Source: Candidatus Levyibacteriota bacterium
Lineage (GTDB): Bacteria > Patescibacteriota > Microgenomatia > Levybacterales > UBA12049
Length of the DNA stretch: 64,000 bases
Reading direction: 5' to 3'
Assembly (NCBI GenBank): GCA_963790825.1
Contig: CAWBPM010000003.1
Coordinates: 125,681-189,680, forward strand
A program made the position numbers and the translations under genes. Below, one piece after another: positions 56,768 through 64,000 of the stretch. The stretch's first letter is position 1, and every line of letters begins with the position of its first letter. Under the pieces are notes generated by a model. The model had not been told where the DNA came from. It ran no database searches and saw only the letters and a program-made list of their open reading frames with translations.

Positions 56768-58057
56768 TTACATTTCTATTTTATCAACCTCACGAATACT
56801 GGCGACAGAATAATGATCGGTAAAGGGAATATTATGTCCATTTGGTGTAAATGGATCGTTCATTTGATAACTACCATTTGATCCGCTGATTAAAACCACG
56901 AAATGATCAGGTAGTGGTCCGCCGTCATAGCTGATACCGACAATTACCGGTCTTCCGGCAGATAGCTCTCCATCGATGTCACCAACGCCTATTCCTACAC
57001 GATTAAAAGTCGCACCATCTGCCGAAATAGTGTATTTTAAATAGGCAGGATAATAGGAAGCAAAATTATTTGAATCGCTGTTAATAGTAAGAGGGGTAAC
57101 AGATTTGTGGCCAAAGTGCGTATAAACCATTGCCATAGACGTCATCAGACATCCATCGCTGGCAATTGAATATTGGGTATTGTTAAGCGCCGTTGCCCCC
57201 CACTGAGTATCCCGTTGATTATAGTAACATCCCCAATCGTCACAAACGGTTTGTCCTGAAAGTAGTGACGCTCCGCCCTGGCTTGCAGTAAAGCTACTAA
57301 ATCCGGCAAGTTGGGCTTCTGCTTGCGCCAATAAGCGCTCATAATTCACCTCGCTGCCCTGCGTGTCGCTAAGCAAACTCTTTTTTGCGTCTTCCTGTTG
57401 GCCTAGTTGCGTCGTGTAAGTCTCAAGCTGGGACTTCAAAGCTTCTGCTTGTGCTTTTTTCGCTTCAAAAATACCTTTTTGATTCTGATAATCTTCCCGC
57501 GCTTGTTGCGTATCATAAATCAGACGTTTATCATGTTCTTGCACAAGTCGTAAGTAGCTTGCCTTCGTCAGATAATTCGATACATCTCCTGATGAGAGCA
57601 AAATATCCATTGAATTGACATTTCCCTCTTGGTATGTTGCAACAATACGGTTAATAAGTACTTTTGTGATATTAGTCAAAGATCCTTCAAGTATAGTAAT
57701 CTTTTTGTTCGCAGTGCCGATATCCAAAGTGAGACCGGTGAGTTCCGACTGCGTTTCAGTGATACGAAGCTGAGTTAATTCTATTTGATTATTCATAACT
57801 TGAATTTGAGACGATAGTGTTTTTTCCTGTGACTGGAGGTCGTTTACTTTATTTTGCAAATCCTGAATTTGATTTTTTATTTGATTAATTTGATCTGAGT
57901 TATCAGTTGTTCCGGTTGGAGTAGGTGTACTCGTAGGAGTGGGTGAATCGGTCGGGGTCGTCTGCGCATAGATAATTCCTGAAAAGCTCATAACAAAAAT
58001 AATCCCAGAGATACATAGCGGTATGATCAAATGATTTCGTAGTCTCATAGGTAACAT
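56768..58057 (-). CDS. Secreted coiled-coil protein with C-terminal C39-like (papain-fold) peptidase domain; putative FtsEX-associated cell-wall hydrolase
   Basis: Signal peptide and PT-rich linker. ~200 aa of heptad coiled coil. C-terminal Cys/His block (SDGCLMTSMAMVYTHFG...PDHFVVLISG) like Peptidase_C39_2. Directly downstream of ftsX. Confidence 0.55.
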   Translation of the reverse strand: MLPMRLRNHLIIPLCISGIIFVMSFSGIIYAQTTPTDSPTPTSTPTPTGTTDNSDQINQIKNQIQDLQNKVNDLQSQEKTLSSQIQVMNNQIELTQLRITETQSELTGLTLDIGTANKKITILEGSLTNITKVLINRIVATYQEGNVNSMDILLSSGDVSNYLTKASYLRLVQEHDKRLIYDTQQAREDYQNQKGIFEAKKAQAEALKSQLETYTTQLGQQEDAKKSLLSDTQGSEVNYERLLAQAEAQLAGFSSFTASQGGASLLSGQTVCDDWGCYYNQRDTQWGATALNNTQYSIASDGCLMTSMAMVYTHFGHKSVTPLTINSDSNNFASYYPAYLKYTISADGATFNRVGIGVGDIDGELSAGRPVIVGISYDGGPLPDHFVVLISGSNGSYQMNDPFTPNGHNIPFTDHYSVASIREVDKIEM

Positions 58058-58060
58058 GTA

Positions 58061-58960
58061 TTATTTTAAATACCGGAGTACCGACATAAAGCTGGCGAAC
58101 CATCCGAGAATCACTGCAAGCAGAAGCTCGCCTCCCAGAAGCTCGAAAAGAAATACCGGAGAAACCGGAAGTATCGGGATGCTGCCCAAGAAAGATTGCA
58201 GAAACGGTGTTGTATACCAAAGAATTAGTACCGAAAATAACCAACCTAAAAAAGCTCCAATTACGCCGTAAGCAATTCCTTCATAAATAAAAGGCCAACG
58301 GATATACCAATTGGTAGCTGAAAGCAGCCGCATAATCTCAATTTCTTCCCGTTTATAAGAAATTTTAATGCTTATGATAATACTCATGATAAAAATAGAA
58401 TCGAGGGCAAAAAGAACAATAACTACTACTCCAATTCTTCTGAGCGCATTTGTCCAGTTTTGCAGTGTTTCTATTATGTCCCGCTGAAATACGACTTTAT
58501 CGATATATTGGTTTGATTTCATAATTTCAGCGATAGAAGCCAAATCATCGATATTACTTGTCGATACAGCCAGTGATGCGGGAAGAATATCGGCAGAAAC
58601 CAAATCCATAAGCAGAGGGTCATCGCCTTTATTTTCTTCTTTATAAATTTGTAATGCTTCGTCTTTTGAAATGAATTTAACTTTGGTAACTTTACCCGTA
58701 TCCAAGAGCTGTTTTTTCAGTGCGTCGATATTCGTCTGTTTTGCTTCATCTTTAAAAAAACCGGTTACTTGCGGAATAGATTCAAAATAAGAGATAGTTT
58801 TAGCAGAACCAAAGATAATAAAGGCAAAAATTGAGATGGCGAGAAATGTCTGCATCATGATAAAAATTGCAGCCAAGGCTTGATATGGACTTCTCCTGAT
58901 ATTTTTCCACATGGTTTTCCAGGCTTTACTCATCATGATGTTCTCCTTTCGATTTTTCAT
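58061..58960 (-). CDS. ftsX: Cell-division permease FtsX
   Basis: Four-TM topology with a large first extracytoplasmic loop. Overlaps ftsE. Confidence 0.8.
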   Translation of the reverse strand: MKNRKENIMMSKAWKTMWKNIRRSPYQALAAIFIMMQTFLAISIFAFIIFGSAKTISYFESIPQVTGFFKDEAKQTNIDALKKQLLDTGKVTKVKFISKDEALQIYKEENKGDDPLLMDLVSADILPASLAVSTSNIDDLASIAEIMKSNQYIDKVVFQRDIIETLQNWTNALRRIGVVVIVLFALDSIFIMSIIISIKISYKREEIEIMRLLSATNWYIRWPFIYEGIAYGVIGAFLGWLFSVLILWYTTPFLQSFLGSIPILPVSPVFLFELLGGELLLAVILGWFASFMSVLRYLK

Positions 58961-59651
58961 GTTTTTCAGGATGTTGAGGTTTTTCTTCTAATCTCTTTTC
59001 GTCTTTTACCAATTTTCCTTTCTCCAGAGCAATTACCCGTTTTAGCAGACTGTTTACCACATCCATATTGTGAGTGGCCATCATGACTGTCGTGCCGTTT
59101 TTATTAATATCCTGAAGTAGCTTTACTATTTCCCAAGATGTTGTGATATCTAAGTTTCCCGTCGGCTCATCGGCAAGCAAAATTTCCGGAGAAAAAACTA
59201 GTGCCCGTGCAATCGCAACGCGCTGTAATTCTCCACCTGAAAGTTGAATAGGAAATTTATATGCCTGATCTTCAATGCCTGTTTGGACGAGAACTGTGTC
59301 GACTTTTTCCTTTGCTTCCCGCTGACTCATGTCTACCAGTTCAAGCGGAAAAAGAATATTTTCAAATACCGTCCTGTCCCTGAGAAGCTTCAGATCCTGA
59401 AACACAACACCGATTTTCCGTCTGAGATCAGGAACTTTATTCTTCGGCAGACGGATAATATCCCAATCGTTTACCATAATTGAACCTTGAGACGGAAGCA
59501 ATTCCCGAATCAAAAGTCGAATAAGAGTAGTTTTCCCTGAACCTGAGGCACCTACTAAAAAAGCAAATTCCCCTTTATCGATTGAGAGGTTTATATCTGA
59601 GAGGGCTGTACCGGTCCCAAATGTTTTGCTAACATTTTCGAGTCGTATCAT
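58926..59651 (-). CDS. ftsE: Cell-division ABC ATPase FtsE
   Basis: Walker A GASGSGKTT, signature LSGGELQRVAIARAL, Walker B LLADEPTGNLD. Charged C-terminal tail. Confidence 0.85.
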   Translation of the reverse strand: MIRLENVSKTFGTGTALSDINLSIDKGEFAFLVGASGSGKTTLIRLLIRELLPSQGSIMVNDWDIIRLPKNKVPDLRRKIGVVFQDLKLLRDRTVFENILFPLELVDMSQREAKEKVDTVLVQTGIEDQAYKFPIQLSGGELQRVAIARALVFSPEILLADEPTGNLDITTSWEIVKLLQDINKNGTTVMMATHNMDVVNSLLKRVIALEKGKLVKDEKRLEEKPQHPEKHEKSKGEHHDE

Positions 59652-60160
59652 TATTCAACTTGAACACGGCCGACATCCATAAGCCAGCCCGCAGTTTTTG
59701 CTTGTTGAGTCTGTCCCCAAACTTTCACTTTTCGATTAGTAAATAGTGACAGATCTAAAATAGAGGAAGTCATATAGACATTCTGACTATCCCCGCCGGT
59801 ACGAACCAAATGAAATTGTCCTTCGCCATCTATTCCGCCTGTTTTTACTACTCCTTCTGCCGTATCTTTAAATGTAGCGGTATCATTTGAGCCGTAGGTT
59901 TTTCCTGTCTGGACATTTGATCCGCTTGTAATACTTCCCACATTCAAACTCCCAACTTTGCCATTGTTTCTAGCTAAGAGAAATCCTGTCCCTACTCCTA
60001 AAAGGACTACGACGACAAGAAGAATAACAATTTTATAAAAAGCACCGGTGGTATTTGGAGTGTCGAAATTATGCATGAGCGTTGTATCTTGGTTTTGGCT
60101 TTGGTCTTGTTTTTGCTTTTGATCTAGAACTTGGTCTGCCATATCGATAAACTTGCCCAA
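59651..60160 (-). CDS. Hypothetical bitopic membrane protein heading the ftsEX operon
   Basis: Q-rich N-terminus, single TM helix, Gly/Ser/Thr-rich beta-rich ectodomain. Confidence 0.35.
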   Translation of the reverse strand: MGKFIDMADQVLDQKQKQDQSQNQDTTLMHNFDTPNTTGAFYKIVILLVVVVLLGVGTGFLLARNNGKVGSLNVGSITSGSNVQTGKTYGSNDTATFKDTAEGVVKTGGIDGEGQFHLVRTGGDSQNVYMTSSILDLSLFTNRKVKVWGQTQQAKTAGWLMDVGRVQVE

Positions 60161-60277
60161 GTCTGAGCATTAGATAAAGTATTACATATTTATGTGTATT
60201 TGACAAGTCGCATATTAAAAAAATATTTTAGTGATACTACCTATTAGAAAATGCCAAGGTAATCCATAAACTACAAC

Positions 60278-61285
60278 TTAGCTTAACTGCCGCAGTTCTT
60301 CTTCAATAAACATATCCAAATCTCCATCCAAAACCCCACTCGTATTACTTGTTTCAACGTTTGTCCGTAAATCTTTCACCATTTGGTAAGGATGTAACAC
60401 GTAGGAGCGGATTTGGTTTCCCCAGCCGGGAGTTTTATAGCCTCCTTTTAGCCTGGTTTCCTCTTTTTTTCTTTCTTCCTCTTGCAGTAGCCAAAGTTTT
60501 GCCCGAAGTAACTTCATCGCGTTTTCCCTGTTCTGGTTTTGATATCTCTCGGTTTGGGCAGTAACAATAATACCGGTTGGGATATGCTTGATCCGAACTG
60601 CTGTTGAGACTTTATTTACGTTTTGGCCACCGTGTCCACCTGAACGAAATGCTTCGAACTCAATATCATCTTCATTAATCTCAATCCCCGCGTCTTCTTT
60701 TATTTGCGGTAAAACTTCAACCAAGGCAAACGACGTTTGGCGAAGTTTGTCCGCATTAAACGGTGATTGGCGGACCAGCCGATGCGTTCCTGCCTCGTGC
60801 TTCAGAAACCCATAGACGTATGATCCATCCACAGCAACCGTGACACTTTTTATACCCGCCTCTTCTCCCGGAGTTGTATCCAGCATTTCATATGTCCACC
60901 CTCGCCTCTCAAAGAAGCGTGTATACATCCGGTAAAGCATTTCAGCCCAATCCATTGCTTCCGTTCCTCCCTGGCCGGAATGAATTGATAGAATAGCCGA
61001 AGACGAATCATACGGGCTTGAGAAATATAAGATCATTTCAAGTTTCTTAATGAGCGCTTCTGCTTCTTTTTCCTCACCTTCCTGAGTCCAAAGCTTAAGA
61101 AGTTCAATTTCATCAATCTCTTTTTGCAGAGTAGACATTTCCTTCATCTTTTCTCCTGCTGTCTTATGATCCTGCCAAAAAGACGGACTTTCGCTTTCTT
61201 TTGCAAGAGAGGAAATCCGCTTTTGCTTTTCCTCCAGATTAACTTTTTCCAATATTTTTTTTGCCCGTTCTTGTAATTCTTCCAT
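60278..61285 (-). CDS. prfB: Peptide chain release factor 2, encoded without a programmed +1 frameshift
   Basis: SPF tripeptide (VRQSPFNA) and GGQ motif (GHGGQNVNKV). ATG at 61285 aligns just downstream of where the E. coli frameshift site lies. No CUU-UGA-C motif upstream. Confidence 0.8.
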   Translation of the reverse strand: MEELQERAKKILEKVNLEEKQKRISSLAKESESPSFWQDHKTAGEKMKEMSTLQKEIDEIELLKLWTQEGEEKEAEALIKKLEMILYFSSPYDSSSAILSIHSGQGGTEAMDWAEMLYRMYTRFFERRGWTYEMLDTTPGEEAGIKSVTVAVDGSYVYGFLKHEAGTHRLVRQSPFNADKLRQTSFALVEVLPQIKEDAGIEINEDDIEFEAFRSGGHGGQNVNKVSTAVRIKHIPTGIIVTAQTERYQNQNRENAMKLLRAKLWLLQEEERKKEETRLKGGYKTPGWGNQIRSYVLHPYQMVKDLRTNVETSNTSGVLDGDLDMFIEEELRQLS

Positions 61286-61352
61286 ATTTTGAAATATATT
61301 TTTTCCTAGTCTCAATTGTAGCAGATTTGTGGTATTTTGCCTGCAGAGTCAA

Positions 61353-61664
61353 TTACTTATTTTTAATAATATGCTGTATTTGATTTCTAAGATAGTTCAT
61401 AGTAGTACCGGCGTGACTTGCCGTATTAGTAATATTTTTAAAATCTCCTAGTATATCGCCCACTTTTAGCTGCATTGTTTGTTTCTCAACAATTTTTAAT
61501 TGTTTTTGAATAAAAGAGCCGGGTTTTATTCCCGATAAATTTTTCGTTTTCACCCCCAATACGCTTTTCGTTTGTCCCGTCAAAATACTCTTAATATTTC
61601 CCGAATAATGAATAAGTCCATAGCCTATCCCGATTAGGAGAACAAGTGTTAAAATTTTCTTCAT
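61353..61664 (-). CDS. Hypothetical small membrane-anchored protein
   Basis: 103 aa with an N-terminal TM helix. Confidence 0.3.
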   Translation of the reverse strand: MKKILTLVLLIGIGYGLIHYSGNIKSILTGQTKSVLGVKTKNLSGIKPGSFIQKQLKIVEKQTMQLKVGDILGDFKNITNTASHAGTTMNYLRNQIQHIIKNK

Positions 61665-61775
61665 TGTATGTATAACTTAATTGTAAAAGGAAACTGTAGT
61701 TTTGCAAATACGTAGTTAACTCTATTTCGGATTTGTTAACCGGGTATTTGAAAATAAAATAACCGCTTGCGATTT

Positions 61776-62129
61776 TTAATAACCGCCGGCATTTTCGTAA
61801 ATTTGCATTTGCTGACTAACAGTTTTATACATTTGATTAAAAGTTATAACAGTAAGTACTAAAGAAACTACAGTAAGAAAAACAGCAACTCCTCCGATAA
61901 TTTTTGATTTTCTATCCGGTTGTTTTAAGTATTTTACGGCCGGCCAAAGTCCAAGAGGAGGGAGAAAAAAACTTAATGCATAGACACCAATTTGCTTTAT
62001 CCAGGAAGTAGAAGGCGGTTTGATACGCAGTTTATTTCCGCAATTCGGACAAAAGTAACTATCTTCCTGCGATATAAAATGACAGCGTGGACAAATAATA
62101 GTAGTGCTTTGTGGATTATTCTCTTCCAT
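61776..62129 (-). CDS. Zinc-ribbon membrane protein
   Basis: CPRCHFISQEDSYFCPNCGNKL then two TM helices. Confidence 0.4.
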   Translation of the reverse strand: MEENNPQSTTIICPRCHFISQEDSYFCPNCGNKLRIKPPSTSWIKQIGVYALSFFLPPLGLWPAVKYLKQPDRKSKIIGGVAVFLTVVSLVLTVITFNQMYKTVSQQMQIYENAGGY

Positions 62130-62170
62130 ATACTCATTGTAACAGGACTGAAAAAGATCTGCAGTTTGTC

Positions 62171-62644
62171 TTATTTAAGAAACGGAAGGAATCTTCGAAT
62201 ACCTCTTTTTTGACTTTGCGAAATTGCTTCCTGCGGAGGTTTAGCTATTCCTGTTTCTCTCGCACGAATATTTCGAGCTTGCACACGGCCTGTTTCTAAT
62301 AAATTATCAGCAATTTTGCATTGTAAATAATCTCGACCTTCTTTCCCTACTTGCCTGATTCCTTCTAATATTTGCTGGGTTCGTTCTCTTTCCTTAGGAT
62401 CGATAATAAGTTCCTCTAATTGTGCCCTTGCTTCAGCTGTTTCCAAAGCAGATTGAATATCCACTGCTATTTCTATAGTGTGCACCTGCTCGTAAATTGT
62501 TTTACTCCCGGCAAAAGCTTCCTTTATCTTCTCCTGTGCTTCTGGTGACAAATCAGTATTTCCTATCAATGCCTCCTGCTGAGGATTAAGAGTTCTTATT
62601 GCATCAATTTCTGAGAACTGTTCTTTACTGTTTTTTCCAAACAT
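62171..62644 (-). CDS. Hypothetical protein
   Basis: 157-aa predicted alpha-helical protein with no recognisable motif. Confidence 0.3.
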   Translation of the reverse strand: MFGKNSKEQFSEIDAIRTLNPQQEALIGNTDLSPEAQEKIKEAFAGSKTIYEQVHTIEIAVDIQSALETAEARAQLEELIIDPKERERTQQILEGIRQVGKEGRDYLQCKIADNLLETGRVQARNIRARETGIAKPPQEAISQSQKRGIRRFLPFLK

Positions 62645-62648
62645 AACT

Positions 62649-64000
62649 TTAAGCTACTGCTGCTTTAACTTTTTCTACAATCTGTTTACTGGATATCCCG
62701 GCATCGTCCAACAGCTCGTCCATTTTCCCGGACTGTGATATTTTTGTCACTGCCATTTTCTCAATTTGCGCTCCGGTTTCAGACATCGCAGATAAAATCA
62801 AATCCCCTAGCCCTCCGTGTTCAAAATGATCTTCAACGGTGATAATAATTTTCTTTTTTGTCTGCTGCAAAGCATTTTCTAGTGTTTTTTTATCAACTGG
62901 TTTTACTGAGTAACAATCAATAACCCGAATCGAAATATTTTCTTTTTGCAGTACTTCGTACGCCTTAAGTGCCTCATGCACTGTAATACCACTAGCTGCA
63001 ACAGTTAAGAGGTCGTTTTCTGAGGAGCGAAGAACTTTCGCTCCGCCGATGGTAAATTCTTCTGATTGATCATAAATCACTGGGGTTTTCGGCCGTAGTG
63101 TCCGTAGATAGGAGATACCAAGATGTGAAGCCATCAAAGGTAAAACTTTCGCAGTAGATACTCCGTCCGCTGGCTGGAAAATTATTGAGTCAGGAATCGC
63201 AGCGAAAAGTGCAATGTCTTCAAGTCCCATCTGAGACGGACCGTCCTCGCCGATTGAAACACCCGCGTGTGAACCAACGAATTTAATATTCGCATCAGAA
63301 ATTCTGCTCATTCTGATCTGATCTGCTGCACGGGTAAGAAATGAGGCAAAAGTAGAAACAAATGGAATTTTCCCTAGCCGCTGAAGTCCCAGTGCCACCC
63401 CAACCATATTTTGCTCTGCTATAAAACACTCGATAAACCGCTTAGGATGTGCTTTTAAAAAGTCTATACTAAATGTTGAATTTTTAACATCACCATCCAG
63501 AGCCCAAATATTCTGATTTTGGTCTCCAAGCATTGCAAGTTCCTTTCCATATACTTCCCGAGTTGAAATTAGCTCACCAAGTTTGTATCCCAATGCCCTG
63601 TCATCCTGGAGCGCGACAGTATGAAATACATAGTCCCCTTGTGGGAAAGCGATAGTATCTGTATGGGATTCTATCGGTCGTTCATCCGTAGATGAACTTC
63701 CCTCCAGAATGACAGTTTGTGGATTGTGTAGTGCAAATCGCAAATTTTCATCCACCTCTCCTAACTCTACCAGTGCTTTTTCTAATTCTTCTTTTTTTAG
63801 CGTTTTTCCATGCCAGCCATCTTTATTCTCCAAAAACGAAACCCCTTTACCTTTCACTGTTTTAGCAATAATTGCCTTTGGTTTGAAATAATCTGTGTAA
63901 AAAGCATCTGCTCCCTGACCGCTCGCCCATTCATGAAGAATATCTTGATACTGATTTTTTGATTCCGGAATAGGTTGATTGTTAAACTCATACATCATCG
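62649..64000 (-). CDS. tkt: Transketolase (partial; N-terminal part lies beyond the window end)
   Basis: End of the TPP-binding domain (GKGVSFLENKDGWHGK). Pyrimidine-binding domain (FIAEQNMVGVALGL...FASFLTRAADQIRMS). C-terminal domain. Confidence 0.7.
   Translation of the reverse strand, partial: MMYEFNNQPIPESKNQYQDILHEWASGQGADAFYTDYFKPKAIIAKTVKGKGVSFLENKDGWHGKTLKKEELEKALVELGEVDENLRFALHNPQTVILEGSSSTDERPIESHTDTIAFPQGDYVFHTVALQDDRALGYKLGELISTREVYGKELAMLGDQNQNIWALDGDVKNSTFSIDFLKAHPKRFIECFIAEQNMVGVALGLQRLGKIPFVSTFASFLTRAADQIRMSRISDANIKFVGSHAGVSIGEDGPSQMGLEDIALFAAIPDSIIFQPADGVSTAKVLPLMASHLGISYLRTLRPKTPVIYDQSEEFTIGGAKVLRSSENDLLTVAASGITVHEALKAYEVLQKENISIRVIDCYSVKPVDKKTLENALQQTKKKIIITVEDHFEHGGLGDLILSAMSETGAQIEKMAVTKISQSGKMDELLDDAGISSKQIVEKVKAAVA

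Noticed and set aside
61286-61400. Searched upstream of prfB for the CUU-UGA-C programmed frameshift site and a short ORF0.
   Set aside because: No such motif is seen. The ORF-track start is a TTG in the same frame, and the ATG at 61285 gives a complete RF2 domain set. I conclude the gene has no frameshift.
1-64000. Alternative genetic code (UGA as sense, code 25 or 4).
   Set aside because: RF2 with an intact SPF motif is present. Genes end with TGA where expected, for example the wHTH gene's TGA overlapping the secD ATG. ORF lengths look normal under code 11.

Overview
This AT-rich (~35-40% GC) window is densely packed with short genes on both strands. It looks like a small-genome bacterium, and the DUF-rich gene set is reminiscent of Patescibacteria/CPR; I cannot confirm lineage from sequence alone. 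A release factor 2 gene with the SPF motif is present, so UGA is read as stop (standard code 11). The ORF track shows TTG/GTG starts as 'M', so I re-placed several starts at downstream ATGs.

Housekeeping genes called: cysteinyl-, glutamyl- and aspartyl-tRNA ligase family genes, recJ, cca, secD/secF, sufC-B-D-S-U, tsaE/tsaC/tsaB, ftsE/ftsX, prfB, a Ham1-type NTP pyrophosphatase, GatB/YqeY, dgkA, a D-Ala-D-Ala carboxypeptidase, a Crp/Fnr regulator divergent from a PAS histidine kinase, and a partial transketolase at the window end.

A large surface-glycan locus spans 37.6-51.6 kb: two GT-C membrane transferases, a Ppm1-like GT2-GtrA fusion, UXS, Gmd, an Rmd-like reductase, Ugd, RmlA/B/D, an FdtA/WxcM-like cupin in the RmlC position, and four tandem GT2 genes.

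Two distinct IS481-family insertion sequences are present. One sits directly upstream of an LmbE-deacetylase / MshC-like cysteine-ligase operon. The other lies inside the tsaE-tsaC-[IS]-tsaB operon, and its inverted repeat encodes the last ~11 codons of tsaC.

Candidates for something new, in rough order of interest:
- the LmbE + anticodon-domain-less CysS/MshC-like pair, which may be a low-molecular-weight-thiol or glycoside-cysteine conjugation module;
- a 461-aa unknown protein with HEAT-like and weak RelA/SpoT-like nucleotidyltransferase motifs, behind a consensus promoter and an attenuator-like leader;
- an XRE regulator followed, across an in-frame TAA, by 17-aa tandem repeats and a convergent 127-aa unknown;
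- a wHTH-nucleotidyltransferase fusion translationally coupled to secDF where yajC normally sits;
- an ftsEX-linked coiled-coil hydrolase with a C39-like papain-fold domain;
- a (GAATTTT)n heptanucleotide microsatellite at the 5' end of recJ, with a related copy inside an in-frame GC-rich insertion in sufC.

No CRISPR arrays, tRNA or rRNA genes were found.
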